A stretch of DNA of 64,000 bases. It comes from Hypanus sabinus (Eukaryota). Below, piece after piece: positions 1-13,760 of the stretch. Both the position numbers and the translations under genes were made by a program. Numbering within the stretch: position 1 is the first letter of the stretch; every line of letters begins with the position of its first letter. Location of the stretch: the NCBI RefSeq assembly GCF_030144855.1, contig NC_082731.1, positions 26,784,001 to 26,848,000 on the forward strand, given 5' to 3'. A model generated the notes under the pieces. The model saw only the letters and a program-made list of their open reading frames with translations, had not been told where the DNA came from and did not search any database.

Positions 1-368
1 GTTTATAAAAGTATGAGAGTCATTGATAAGTTCAACAGTCAGAGTCATTTTCCCAGGGCAAAATGTCGTATCCAAAAGGACAGTGATTTAAGGTGAAGGG
101 TATAACATTCAAAGGGTAATTGCAGTGTAAACAGTGTTTTTAAAGCATGGAGAGTGGCAGGTGTCTGGAATGCACTGCCAGGGGTAATGGTGAAAGTAGC
201 ACGAAGATACATTACTTTAAGATACATATGTAAAAGCACATGACCATTCAGGATATGGAGAGATATGGATTCTGTGGAGATACATCAGTTTAGATTAATT
301 TAGTGTTCTGGTTGTCACAGTCATCATGGGCTGAAGGGCCTGTTCCTGTGCTGTACTGTTCTGTGTTG
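1..368 (+). mobile_element. CR1-type LINE 3' end
   Basis: CR1 terminal motifs (gtctggaatgcactgccaggggtaatggtg; ggctgaagggcctgtt) ending in a tgttctg tail. Confidence 0.85.
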
Positions 369-2559
369 GAGGTTTACTTGAAGCTCAGTAACTATTTGTT
401 AATAATAGTTGACAGATGTCTGAAACTCTGCGATAACATTAACACTCAGTCCTTACACTTCCTCTCCGGTTTCACAGGCAGGTTTAATTTGAGCAGGGGA
501 CACTCCCAGTGGAGCTGTGTTAATAAAAATAACAAACACACTGCTTTACATATGGAAATGCAATTCTAACATTGTGCTTTGCACCAACCAACGGGTTCAT
601 GTTTACCACAGAGAATGAGACAAAATGAATTGAAACCAAAGGGCAAAAAATGCAGAGACAGCAAGACCCTCTCCTCGTTACAGAAAATTTGTCACTGGCT
701 GTAGCGATGATTTACTGTTACTGATCGATTTATTGATTATGTAATGGGAATGAGTTCAAATGTATGTACACCTGCATTTTATGTTCTGAAGCAGTTGGGA
801 GACTCCCAGCAATGTAAAGTGTGTTTGGTCAAACTGTGCTTGGAAGTCCATCCTGATGACTGTAATTCAGGTGATCAGGTCATTGTGAATTGGCAGCAAT
901 AAAGAGGAACATAAGGATAAACCAAAAAATGCCACGAACTGCCTTGTCAACATTACATCGATGGGCAGAATCCCGGTGTGACATGCTGGAGCTGAAGTTT
1001 ATTGATGAGAACTGAGGCTGCCTGGTGAATCAAGTTTTGACTGAAACAGCAACACAGACCACAAGCACTATGGATCGCTGTGGGAGCTGGGGGTTATCAT
1101 TGGCCTGGAAGCTCTCAGGCATGAAGATCAAGGATAATGAACTTGGGCATTCAAAGAAAACCAATAATCTGTTATACAATTGTCATTGCAAGTTTGTCAG
1201 CTGATGACATCTGCAAGTATAGATACATACTAAACCTTTCTTTCTGGTATCTAGACAGTAAAATGTGCAGATTTACTCCTGTAAGGGCCTGGGCCAGTAC
1301 CTTGCTGTTTGATTTTTGTGTTCACCTTGAATAAAATAAAATCAGCTGAACTGATTCACCTTAACAAAATTCAGCACAGGTTTAAGTTTTGAACACTGAA
1401 TCCATCAGACAGGCTGGGGAACCCAACATAAACCCAGTTAACGTCAAAGAGGTGAGGGTGTATTTGACAATTGCCTGTTTCCTCTCACTCTCATCTATAT
1501 TGGAGTCTAGTCGTACCATCAATTCTTCTATCTGAGGAGCTTCAACAAAATCCACAGATTCACTCTAATGAATTTAAACCTGCAGTCTGTGCCTTTCTCT
1601 TCCTCTTTAATTTAAATCCATCTTATGGATGTCATTTCCATTCTCTTCACTCTTCCATTACTCTGTGTCAGACCAAACCATTTCAGCACATCATCCTGTT
1701 GGACTGAGGCATTGCTTCCAGATTCCTCCTCTGACCAGACACTTCCTCACCTGCCATCCCCTCTCCTTCTATGACCTGACATCTGATTTATGCTTCTGTG
1801 AAACACCTTCTGATGAATTCCTATACTAAAGCCACACTGTCAATGCAAATGGTTGCTTTTGGGTAAAGTCGTCCAATTATTTTGCATTGCAGACCAACCA
1901 TGTCCACAAATGAGCCACAAAAGTTCTGGCTGAGTCTCAAGGAAGTTACATTTTCTTTCTTTCTTTTTCAATCTTTTTATTAATATTATTAATTACAACA
2001 TGATAAGATTGACACATAGATAGTGGGATTACAAACTGAACATGAAAGTATACACAAGCAATAGTTACAATATAGTTAAGTCTTTCCAAATCATGAATGA
2101 TACAAATATCATATAAACAAAGCAAAACTAGGTATATCATATTATATGTAAAAAAAAGAAAAGAGAAAAAGAAAAAAAAAATTAACCCTAAGAAAAACTA
2201 ATCTAACAACCTAATAACTAATAAAGAGAAAAAAGGAATAAAAAAAGAATAATGGACTGTTTATAGTATCTATAAAAAAACAAAATCATCAGTTTCGCCA
2301 ACTCTGATCCTCTCAACATATGTACAATCAAAACCGGAGAATTGAATAGGTTTGGAACAGGGTCAAAATATGAAGTTATTGAATAAATGGTCTCCATGTC
2401 TTTTCAAATTTAATAGAAGGGTCAAATACAACACTTCTAATTTTATCCAAATTTAGACATAGCATAGTTTGAGAAAACCAATGAAATACGTTGGGGGGAT
2501 TAATTTCTTTCCAATTCAACAAAATAGATCTTCTATCCATTCATGTAAGAACTGCAATC

Positions 2560-5500
2560 ATTCAACAAGCAGAAGATAAATGGATTGAGTCCATCATTGG
2601 TAAACCAAAAATTGGAGTAATAGGATGAGGTTGTAAATCAATGTTCAATACCGTGGAAATAATATCAAAAATGTATTTCCAATATTTTTTCAAAAGTGGA
2701 CATGACCAAAACATATGAGTTAAAGACGCTATCTCAGAATGACATCTGTCACATATAGGATTTATATAGGAATAAAAATGAGCCAATTTATCCTTGGACA
2801 TATGAGCCCTGTGCACAAATCTAAACTGTATTAATGAATGTTTAGCACATATAGATGATAAATTGACTAATTGAAGAATTTTATCCCAATTCTCAATAGG
2901 GATAGAAAGGTTAAGTTCTCATTCCCACCCAATCATTTTTAATCTTATAGAAGGGCTCTGAATGTATTTTCATAATTATATTGTAGAATTTTGATATTAC
3001 ACCTTTCTGAGAAGGATTTAGTTCTAACAAATTCTCCAAAATACCCAAAGACTCAAGATTTGGAAAGGTAGGAAGTACAGTGTTTAAGAAATTCCTAATT
3101 TGTAAATATCTAAAAAAATGAAATCTAGGCAAATTATATTTATTAGATAATTGTTCAAATGACATAAAACAATTATCCAAAAATAAACCAGAAAATCATA
3201 GTAATCCTTTAGTCTTCCAAGCTGAATAACCTTGGTCTATAATAGAAGGATGAAAAAAGAAATTGGATACAATAGGAATAGTTAAAACAAATTGATTCAA
3301 CCCAAAAAATTTCCGAAATTGAAACCATATACGTAAAGTATGTTTAACTATCGGGTTGTCAATTCGTTTCTGCAATTTAGAAAGAGCAAAGGGAAGAGAA
3401 GACCCTAAAAGAGAACCCAATGAAAATCCTTGTACAGATTTAGTTTCCAAGTTTACCCAATGAGGGCTAAAAGGTAACTCCCAATCCTTTAATTAACATA
3501 TCAAATATCAGATATTAATTGCCCAATAATAAAATCTAAAATTAGGCAATGCCAATCCACCTTGCTTCCTTCCCTTCTGTAAATATTTTTTTACCTAATG
3601 TAGGATTCTTATTCTGCCATATATATGAGGAAAATTTTGAATCAACATTAGCAAAAAAAGATTTCGGAATAAAAATTGGTACCGCTTGAAATATATATAA
3701 AAACTTGGGTAAAATAATAATCTTAATAGCATTAATCCGACTTATCAGAGATAAAGATAATGGTGACCATTTAGTGAACAAACATTTAATCTGATCAATT
3801 AAGGGTAAAAAATTAACCTTAAATAACTCCTTATAATTTTTTGTAATTTTAATCCCTAAGTATATAAAAGAGTCATTAACTAATTTAAAAGGTAAATTTC
3901 CATAAATTGGAACCTGTCTATTTAAAGGAAACAATTCACTCTTATTAAGATTTAATTTATACCCAGAAAAATTACTAAATTGAGCCAACAATGATATAAC
4001 TACAGGAACGGATTTCTCAGGATCAGAAATATATAATAACAAATCATCTGCGTATAATGATAACTTATGTATATCCATCCCACGAGTAATGCCAAAAATG
4101 TTCGGTGATTCTCTAATAACAATTGCCAAAGGTTCTAAAGCAATATCAAATAATAAGGGACTAAGAGGACAGCCTTGCCTGGTACCCGAAATAAATGAAA
4201 AAAGGGAGATCTTTGATTGTTAGTAAAGACCGAGGCTACTGTAGTATGATATATCAGTTTAATCCAGGATATGAATGTCGGACTAAAATTAAACTTCTCA
4301 AGCACAGTAAATAAGTATGGCCATTCAACTCTATCAAATTCTTTCTCTGCATCTAATGAAAAGACACATTCTGAGGTGCTATGTGAAGGAGTATAAATAA
4401 TATTCAATAATCTAATATTGAAAAAAGAATAGCGATTTTTAATAAAACCAGTTTGATCTTCTGAGATAATTTGAGGTAATACCGTCTCCAGCCTGGACAC
4501 CAGTAACTTGTAAAAGATCTTGGAATCTACATTCAATAAGGATATTGGTCTACAGGATGCACAGTCCGTAGGGTCTTTTTTTTCAATATTAAAGAAATGG
4601 AAGCTCTATAAAAAGATTGTGGCAGTTTACCCAATCTAATTGCTTCTTCAAAAACCCTGCATAAGCAAGGAGAAAGAGTAGAGGGAAAACACTTTAAAAA
4701 TTCCATTGTATACCCATTTGGACCTGGTGCTTTCCCAGAATTCATAGAGGAACTAACCCCTTTAATTTCTGCATCCATAATAGGAGTTTCTAATATTGAA
4801 AGATCATCTGATGATAATTTTGGAAAATCCAATTTCCCAAGAAAATCATGCATGGTATTATGATCATGGGGGAATTCAGAATGATACAGGGACGTATAAA
4901 AATCTTGAAAAGATTTGTTTATCTCATCATGGTTAACTGTCAATTCACCATTCTGTTGACGAATATTAATAATTTGATGTTTAACCAAAGCATTCTTCAA
5001 TTGATTAGCTAACAGTTTACCTGATTTATCACTATATATATAAAAATCAGATCTGGTTTTCATTAATTGATTTTCAATCGCAGATGTAAGTAATAAACTG
5101 TGTTCCATTTGAAGTTCAACCCTTTGTTTGTAAAGCTCCTTACTGGAGCAGTCAAATATTTCTTGTCAATTTCTTTAATTATATCAACCAATAAAAGAGT
5201 TTCCTTCTTAATATGTTTTCTAAAACCAACAGAATAGGAGATAATATATGCTTTAAAAGTGTCTCAAGGTGTTCCACAAGAAAAATCATCTGTGGAATTC
5301 GTTGCAAAGAAGAAATCGATCTGTTCCTTCATAAATTTAATGAAATCCGGATTTTGCAGTAAGGTAGAATCAAATCACCATTGCCTAATACTAGAAGCTG
5401 TATCCATTAATTTAATAGCTAGTTTCAATGGAGCATGATCAGAGATGTAAGTGGCCAACTTATTAGGTAAAGTCTGAGTGGATACAGATCTGTCCGGCAA

Positions 5501-5947
5501 AGGATTTAAACAACAATTAAAGTCACCACCCATTATTAACATATATTCATTTAGATTAGTTAAAGAAGTAAATAAGGACTTAAAAAATCGGGATAATCCA
5601 CATTTGGAGCATAAACATTAACCATAGCAACCTTTTTGTTAAAAAGTAACCCAGTAATTAACAAAAATCTGCCATTTGGATCCAAAATAATATCATGTTG
5701 GACAAATGTAATAGAGGAGTCAATAAAAATTGAAACTCCTTTTACTTAGGCATTCAAATTCGAATAGTACTGCTGACCCCCTCCAAAACCTAAAAAAACG
5801 TTGATTACCCTCTTTCTTCACATGAGTTTCTTGTACAAAAATAATATGTGCATTCAGTCTTTGGAATACTTTGAAAATCTTTTTCCATTTAATCGGATGG
5901 TTTAAGCCATTAGTATTGCAAGAGACAAAATTAATGGTCTGAGCCAT
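2560..5947 (-). pseudogene. L1 ORF2 (APE endonuclease + reverse transcriptase) remnant
   Basis: MAQTINFVSCNTNGLNHP (APE start), SLDAEKEFDRVEW, KLSLYADDLLLYI (RT), CDRCHSEIASLTHMFWSC (C-terminal Cys motif); split by stops and frameshifts. Confidence 0.9.
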
Positions 5948-6754
5948 ATTTCTAAAATCAACCCTTTGGTATATAAAGAGTTAACTAAATTATGAACTCA
6001 TGCACCTGGAAGAGGAACAAAAATAAGGTGCGGACCCGAAAATGATGACACCATGGACATTTTAGTAGTTTAAAATCAGCCCAAATGAAATAACTAAAAA
6101 AAAAACTAGTAAAAAGAGCAATAGAGTTAGAAAGGAATCCTCCACCCCCCACCCATGAAAAAAAAGTCCTTCCTGAGTCTGAAGGAGGCCAGGAACAAAA
6201 TGAATGGTACTAAATCTACCCCCGTATCACCAGAAAGGAACTCCAAATATATAAAGGAGGGAAAAAAGAGATCCACCCAAACTCCAAAAAAGTAATTAAC
6301 ATTTTACTAAAACAAACTTCTCAATATAATTGCTAGTAAAAAAAACCAAAAAGAATATAAACACTAGTAACTTATAAATCGGGTGAAAACCCAAACAAAA
6401 AAAAAATTAAAATGTGATAAGAAATGCATTATAGGAAGAAGACGAGAGAAAAAAATGGCGAAATCAAAAAAAAAAGCAAGGAATATTTTAGAGAAGAAAC
6501 CACCATCTTAGTCACACAAAGAACGAAAAGGATATATATCGAACCATTAAAAAAAATTCACCTTCAAAGGATTAATAATACTGACCAAAAATAAAGTACA
6601 ATGATTAAAGTAAGTAAATTAAAAAGATTAGTACATCGAAAAAAAAAACTTTAATTAGAATATAAAATGTAGAGTTAACCTACAACAATAGCCAGAAACA
6701 AAATCTGGTTTTGTAAACAAAAACTATCTTGTAATGATCAAAATCACTCATTTA

Positions 6755-7601
6755 TTAGAAATGAGAGTCCAAAGCAGTAGGATAATTCTCATCCAGAAAA
6801 CTTCGAGCTTCAGATGTGGAGAGAAAAACCCGCTGTGGTGCATTCGGAGGTAAGATTCTAAGTTTTGCAGTGTATAAAAGCGCTGGTTTTAGATTTTTCT
6901 CATAACATTCGGACATCAGAGATTTAAAAAGGAGACTTGCCTTTATTACTTCTGGGCTAAAATCCTGCACTAATCAGAATTGGAAATCTTTAAATTTAAC
7001 CATTCCTAAACGCCGAGCCACACGAATAAGTTGCTCTTTGACATGCACTTAATGAAATTAAACAATTACAACAGGTGGTTTAGATGAAGAACTTGATGAT
7101 CAGCGCATAATTCTGTGGGTGCGATCAAGTAACGGAGGACTGTCTGGGAATACAGAAGGGAACGCATCCTTTAAAAGTTGAGCAAAATACTTCGAGGGGT
7201 CCACTTGTTCGATACCTCCCGGGAGACCAAGTATGCGTAAGTTCTGTCTTCTGGACCGATTTTCAAAGTCAACACTCTTGGCTTAAGTGTTTCCACCTGT
7301 TTAATCATCGAAGATAATTTCTGTTCCAGTTTTCTGATTATCAAGTCTCACTTCCAAGCGTCCTCTTGCAACGTTGCGATTAGAGTTTGCAGCTGTTTAG
7401 CTACTAAATCAGTATTATCCATAGAATTCTGGAAAGCCTTTAGATCTTGTTTGAAAGTTTGTCGTTGTTCTTCAAATTTTCATTTAAGAGCTCCAATAAC
7501 ATATCTTAAGTCAATTCAGTACGCTTAGGATCGATCTTTTTTTTCTTTCCGTAGCCGTTTGGATCTTTCCCAGGGTCTTGCCCTTTAGATCTTAAAGCCA
7601 T
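6755..7601 (-). pseudogene. L1 ORF1 remnant
   Basis: Begins ATGGCTTTAAGATCT at 7601; C-terminal piece QDFSPEVIKA..LLYTAKLRI matches L1 ORF1 termini; disrupted. Confidence 0.8.
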
Positions 7602-8017
7602 TTCTGTACTCATTTCTTCAAAATTCACAGTACACTCTTAAAGATAAGTCCAAAAAAGTAGTAAGAATCTTTTGGTGTAGGTAAAAGTAAGTTAAATAAG
7701 GGTGATCATAGATTAAAAAAAGTAAAGGTTATGGAGCAAATCTGAAACAGTACTCACTCCATGAGCGTCTCCTGGTGACTCCACATTTTCTAATAGAATG
7801 TGCAAGAGCGCAGAAAATAAAATCAGAAAACAGCGAGACAGGCAGTGTCTGGGAAAGAACATTAATCAGTGGTGGTTCAGGTCTGTATTCCCCTTCAGAT
7901 TGCAGTGGGGTAACACTAACCTCTTTCGATGGTTAACTCCATACTTGGTCTGAACTGTTTCCTGTAGAGATAGAGAGATACAGCGCAGAAACAGGCCCAT
8001 CATCACACTGAGTCTAA

Positions 8018-8110
8018 ACTAACCATTAACTACTGAGCCTGTACTAACCATTAACTACTGAGCCTGTACTAACCATTAACCACTGATTCTATACTAACCA
8101 TTAACCACCT
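8018..8110. repeat. 25-bp tandem repeat (about 4 copies) within a CR1/HE1-type tail remnant
   Basis: Unit actaaccattaactactgagcctgt starting at 8018, 8043, 8068 and 8093. Confidence 0.8.
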
Positions 8111-8219
8111 ATTTACATTAAAACCATTATCTTAATCGCCCCACATTATCATCAATTACCACAACCAACCCCCATCCCCAGAAGATTCTACTTCTCAATG
8201 AACACTGATATTTGCAAAA

Positions 8220-8575
8220 TCATTAGTTACAGATGAGATGCTGGAAGACTGGGTGGGAGCAAAGGTCGTGCCTTTATTTAAAGGCTACAGATAAAAAAAA
8301 ATTGTGAACTCTACACCAGTAAGTCTATCCTGTCTGTGGTAGGTAAGTTACTAGAGAGGATTTTAATGGACAAGATATATATGAGCTAGAAAGACGGGCT
8401 GATTCGGAGTACACAGCACAGCTTTGTGCATGTCTTATGAATTTGCTTGAGTTCCACAAGTTCAATGAGAGCACAGCAGTGGACAAGGTCCATATGAATT
8501 TCGGTAAAGCCTTGGATAAAAATCCCATATTGTTGGCTGCTCAGAAAGCCTCCATTATGTGTAATCCACGGAAAG
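8220..8575 (+). mobile_element. CR1 RT-region fragment (appears to resume at about 9690-9755 after a Rex1 insertion)
   Basis: Degenerate CR1 ORF2 motifs: DWXGAKVVPLFK, NLLEF..AVDKVHMNFGKA. Confidence 0.7.
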
Positions 8576-8577
8576 TG

Positions 8578-9680
8578 TACTTGCACAATTGGATCCTGGA
8601 ATTCCTCACCTGTAGACACCAGTCAGTTTGGATTGGCAACACATCTCCTCTATGGTCTCCACCACCACAAGGCAGTGTGCTTAGACCCTGCTCGGCTCGC
8701 TTTACATCTCTGTGTGGCTAAACACAGCTCCAATTCCATTTTGAAGTTTGCTGATGACACTTGTGGGCTGAATAAAATGTGGCAATGAGTCAGCATACAG
8801 GAGGGAGATTGAAAACTTGGGTGAGTGTTGTCAGAAAGGCAACCTCTCAATGTCAGCTAGACCAAGGAACTGATTGTCGACTGTAGGAGAAGGAAACAAG
8901 AGTTCCACGAGCCAGTCCTCATTGGAGGATCAGAGGTGGAGAAGGTTAGCAACTTTAAATTCCTGGGTGCTATTATTTCAGAAAACCTGTCCTGGACCCA
9001 GCACACAAGTGCAATTGCAAACAAAGCATGACAGTCCCTCTACTTCCTTAGGAGCCTGTGGAGACTTGGCATGACAGCTAAAACTATGACAGACTTCTAT
9101 AGATGTGTGGTGGAGAATGTATTGACTGGTTGCATCATGGCCTGCTAATCACCAATGCCTTTGAATGGAAATTCCTTGTAAAGGTAGTGGATTGGGCCCA
9201 GCACATCACAGGTAAAGCCCTTCCAACCGTTGAGCACATCTACATGACACACTGTTGCAGGAAAGCAACATTTATCATCAAAGATCCTCACCACCCAGGC
9301 CATGCGCTTATCACGCTGCTGCTATTAGGCAGAAAGTACAGCTGCCTCAGGACTCACATGACTAGGCTCAAGAACAGTTACTACTCTTCAACCATCAGGC
9401 TCTTTGATTACAATTACTTGCCCATCCTCTGAAATGTTCCAACAATCAGTGGTCCCAATTTAAGGCCTCTATCTATGTTCTCATTATTTATTGTTATTAA
9501 TTTATATTTGTATTTGCAGTTTGCTTGTTTTCTGTACTCTAGTAACTATAACAGGATCAATGGAAGATCAACTATTCTATAGATTTGCTGTATATGCCCA
9601 CAGGAAAAGGAATCTCAGGATTGTATATGGTGACATATCTGTACTTTGATAATAAAATATTCTTTGACTTTACTTTGATT
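8578..9680 (+). mobile_element. Rex1/Babar-type LINE, 5' truncated
   Basis: HNWILEFLT.RHQSV.IG, ttgaagtttgctgatgacac (KFADD), FIIKDPHHPGHAL..GRKY; characteristic 3' UTR ending in aataaaatattctttgacttt. Confidence 0.85.
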
Positions 9681-9759
9681 GGATATACAATTGGCTCGAT
9701 AAGAAGCAGAGAGTGATGTTGTCAGGTTGTTTCTCAGACGGGAGGACTGTGACGAATCG

Positions 9760-10020
9760 TGCATTTCAGCCAATCATTTATTCACGCTACTATCTTTCTT
9801 GTAATACCATGGGCTCTTATTTTGTTAAACAGCCTCATGTGCTGTAATTTGTCAAAAGCCATCTGAAAATCCATGTACACTACATCCACCAATTCACCTT
9901 TGTCTATCCTGCCTGTTATTTCCTCAAAAAATTCCAACAGATCTGTCAAGCAAAATTTCAAGTTTGTGCTCCATCAGAACAGACTGGAGAACTTGTCTAG
10001 TGAGATGTTATCAGTGGAAC
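9760..10020 (-). mobile_element. CR1 RT fragment
   Basis: Reverse complement of the CR1 EFFEEITGRIDKG..VDVVYMDF region. Confidence 0.7.
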
Positions 10021-10029
10021 TGAGAAATG

Positions 10030-12205
10030 TGAAAGATCATGTTAATTGGCACTGTATAATAGACCACACAACAATCCCAGGGATTCAGAGGAACAAATTT
10101 GTAAAGAGATTGCAGACTGTTGCAAGTAACAAAAGTTTTTTACAGTAAGTGATTTTAACTTTTTGCATATTGACTGGGAAACCCATTCTGTAAAAGGACT
10201 AGATGGGATAGAATTTGCCAGGAAAGTTTCAGTCATCAACATGTAGAAGTCCCAACAAGGGTGTGCAGTACTTGATCTGCTATTAGGGAATGAAACAGGG
10301 CAGGTGACACAAGTTTGTGTACAGAAACACTTTGCTATTTAACCACAATGCCATTAGTTTCAACGTACATATGCAGAAAGACAGATCTGGTCTGTGGGTT
10401 GAGATTCTAAATTGGAGAAAGGCTAATTCTGATGGTATCAGAAATGATCTGGGAAATGTGATTGGGACTGGCTGTTTTCTGGCAAAGGTGTACTCAGTAA
10501 GTGGGAAGCCTACAGAAGTGACATTTTGAGAGTACAAAGCTTATATGTGTCTGTCAGAGTAAAAAATAAAGATAACAAGTGTAGGGAGTCTTGGTTTTCA
10601 AGTGATATTGAAGCTCTGATTAAGAGAAAAAAGAAGAGATACATAAGCAGGTATAGGCAGGTAGGAAAAATGATGTGTTTATGGAGTATAAGAAATGTAA
10701 GAGAACACTTAAGAAAGAAATCAGGAAAGCTAAAAGAAGGCATGGTTTGTCTAGCAGACAAGCTGAAGGAGAATCCTAAGGGGTTCTACAGATATGTTAA
10801 GAGAAAGGGATTGCAAAGGACAAAATTGGTCCTCTGGAAGATGAATGGTATGAATATTCTGGATAAATGGTAATTCATGTGTGGAGCCAAAACAGATGGG
10901 GGAGATATTAAATACTTTATTTGTATTTACTCAGGAGACAGACACAGAATCTATACAAGTGAGACAAAGCGGCATCAACTTCATGGACCCTGCACAGATT
11001 ACAGAGATGAAAGTGTTTGTTGCCTTGAGGCAAATCAGGGTTGATAAATTCCCAGGGCCTGACAAGGTGTTTCTTGGACCCTATGGAAGGCAAGTGCAGA
11101 AATTGCCAGGGCCCAAGAAGAGATATTTAAATCATCCTTAGTGACAGGGAGAGGAACCAGAGGATTGGAAGATAGCCAATATTGATCTGCTGTATAAAAA
11201 GGGTTTGAAACATAAATCAGGAAATTATAGACTGGTGAGTCATTGGGAAGGTATTCTAAGAGACTGAGTATGTAAGCATTTGGATAGACAGATTACGGAT
11301 AGTCAGTATGGACTCATGTGTGGTAGGTCATCTCTAACCAATCTTTTGAGGAATTTACCAGGAAAGTGGATGAAGTTAAGTAGTGCATGCTGTCCATTTG
11401 GACTTTAGCAAGGCATTTGACAAGGTCCCACATGGGAGATTGGTCAGGAATGTTCAGGCGCTCGGCACTCAAGATGAGGTAGTAAATTGGCTTAGATATT
11501 GGCTTTGTGGGAGCAGCCAGAGAGTGTTAGTAGATGGTTGACTGTCTTACTGGAGGCCTGTGACTAGAGGTGTACCATGGGGATCAGTGTTGGGTCCTTT
11601 GTTGTTGGTTGTCTAACCAGTGATCTGGATGATAATGAGGTTAACTGGACCAGTAAACCTGCGGATTACACCAATATTGGGAATGTAGTGGGCAGTGAAG
11701 AAGGCTCTCATGCCTTGCAGAGGGTTCTGCGTCAGCTGGAGAAATAGGCTGAACAACAGCAGATGAAATTTAATTCAGACAAATGTGAAGTTTTGCACTA
11801 TGGTTGGTCCAACTGGGGTAGGTTTTACAGAGTAAAAAGTAGAACACTGGAGAGTGTGGTAGAACAAAGAGATCTGGGAATACAGGTCCATAATTTATTG
11901 AAAGTGGGGACAAATGTACTGTAGTTAGGGTTGTAATGAGAGCTTTTGTCACATTGGCCTTCATAATCAAAGTATTGAGGGCAGGAGATGAGATGTTATG
12001 TTGAAGTTGTATAAGATGTTGGTAAGGACTGACAGAGTATTGTGTGCTGTTTTGGCCACCTGCCTACAGGAAAGATGTAAACAAGGTTGAAAGAGTACAG
12101 AGAAAATCTGCAATGATGTTGCCAGGTCTGAAGATCCTGAGGTACAAGGAAAGATTGAATTGGTTCAGACTGTATTCATTAGAACAGGAAAAATTGAGAG
12201 GAGAT
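10030..12205 (+). mobile_element. CR1 LINE, decayed ORF2
   Basis: GDFNF.HIDWE (endonuclease), KENPKGFYRYVK, VDKFPGPDK, DFSKAFDKVPH, PQGSVLGP motifs. Confidence 0.9.
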
Positions 12206-13512
12206 ATCTATAAGTATTTGGATAGACAGGGACTTATTTGGAAAAAGTCAGCATGGCTTTGTGCATGGTAGGTCATGTTTAACCAATCTATTAGAGTTTT
12301 TCGAGCAAATTACCAGGAATGTAGATGAAGGGAAGGCAGTGGATGTTGTATACATGGACTTCAGTAAGGCCTTTGACAAGGTCCCACATGGGAGGTTAGT
12401 TAGGAAGATTCAGTCGCTAGGTATACATGGAGATGTAGTAAATTGGATTAGACATCGGCTCAATGGAAGAAGCCAGAGAGTGGTAGTGGATGATTGCTAC
12501 TCTGAGCGGAGGCCTGTGACTAATGGTGTGCCACAGGGATCAGTGCTAGGTCTATTGTCATTTGTCATCTATATCAATGATCTGGATGATAATGCGGCAA
12601 ATTGGATCAGCAGGTTTGCTGATGATACAAAGATTGGAGGTGTAATGGACAGTGAGGAAGGTTTTCAAAGCTTGCAGAGGGATGTGGACCAGTTGGAGGA
12701 ATAGGGTGAAAAATGGCAGATGGAGTGTAATGCAGACAAGTGTGAGGTATTGCACTTTGGAAGGTCAAACCAAAATAGGACATACAAAGTAAAGGTAGGA
12801 CACTGAGGAGTGCAGTAGAACAGAGGGATCTGGGAGTACAGATACATAATTCTCTTAAAGTGGCTTCACAAGTAGATAGGGTTTTAAAGAAAGCTTTTGG
12901 TATATTGACCTTTATAAATCAAAGTATTGAGTATAAGAATTGGAATGTAATGGTGAGGTTGTATAAGACATTGGTGAGACTGAATTTGGAGTATTGTGTG
13001 CAGTTTTGGTCACCTAATTACAGGAAGGATATTAATAAGGTTGAAAGAGTGCAGAGAAGGTTTACAAGGATGTTGCCAGGACTTGAGAAACTGAGTTACA
13101 GAGAAAGGTTGAATAGGTTAGGACTTTATTCCCTGGAGCGTAGGAGAATGTGGGGTGATTTGATAGAGGTGTATAAAATTATGATGGGTATAGATACAGT
13201 GAATGTAAGCAGGCTTTTTCCACTGAGGCCAGGGGAGAAAAAAACCAGAGGTCATGGGTTAAGGGTGAAGGGGGAAAGTTTAAAGGGAACATGGGGGTGG
13301 GCTTCACGCAGGGAATGGTGGGAGTGTGGAATGTGCTGCCAGATGAAGTGGTGAATGCGGGCTCACTTTTGACATTTAAGAAAAACTTGGACAAGTATAT
13401 GGGTGAGAGAGGTTTGGAGGGATATGGCCCAGGTGCAGGTCAGTGGGACTAGGCAGTAAAATGGTTCGGCACATCCAAGAAGGGAGGCCTGTTTCTGTGC
13501 TATAATGTTCCA
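12206..13512 (+). mobile_element. CR1 LINE 3' part
   Basis: ORFs 12261-12704 (RSCLTNLLEFFE..YMDFSKAFDKVPH..PQGSVLG..RFADDTK) and 12860-13354; CR1 3' UTR. Confidence 0.9.
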
Positions 13513-13760
13513 TGGTTCTATTTGATAGAGGTATATAAAATTATGAGGGGAATATTTGGGGTAAATGCAAGCAGGCTTTTTACACTGGGATTGGTTGGGA
13601 CTACACCCAGAGGTCACGGGTTGAGGGTGAAAGATGAAAAGATTAAGAGGAACATGAGGGGATACTTCTTCCCTCAGAGGTTCAGGAGAGTGTGGAATGA
13701 ACTGCTAGCACACACAGTGCCATTGAGCTCGATTTCAACAGTTAAGAGAAGTTTGGAGAT
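13513..13760 (+). mobile_element. CR1 3' fragment
   Basis: LIEVYKIMRG..TRGHGLRV..RVWNEL motif. Confidence 0.75.

Larger units (their letters stand above)
1957..7782 (-). mobile_element. Full-length L1/Tx1-clade LINE (about 5.8 kb), decayed
   Basis: Direct repeat ACATTTTCT at 1948-1956 and 7783-7791 (TSD); A-rich 3' tail at 1957; ORF1, long A-rich spacer, then ORF2 fragments with APE, RT and C-terminal CCHC-like motifs. Confidence 0.95.

Noticed and set aside
820-1130. Plus-strand Ig-like motifs (NATNCLVN..IPV*, DQVIVNWQQ) and a short hydrophobic WIAVGAGVIIGL
   Set aside because: Motifs are scattered over different frames with many stops and no convincing splice sites; not distinguishable from chance by eye.
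1842-1849. Ig octamer ATGCAAAT
   Set aside because: Single 8-mer with no leader or V exon downstream; expected by chance in 64 kb.
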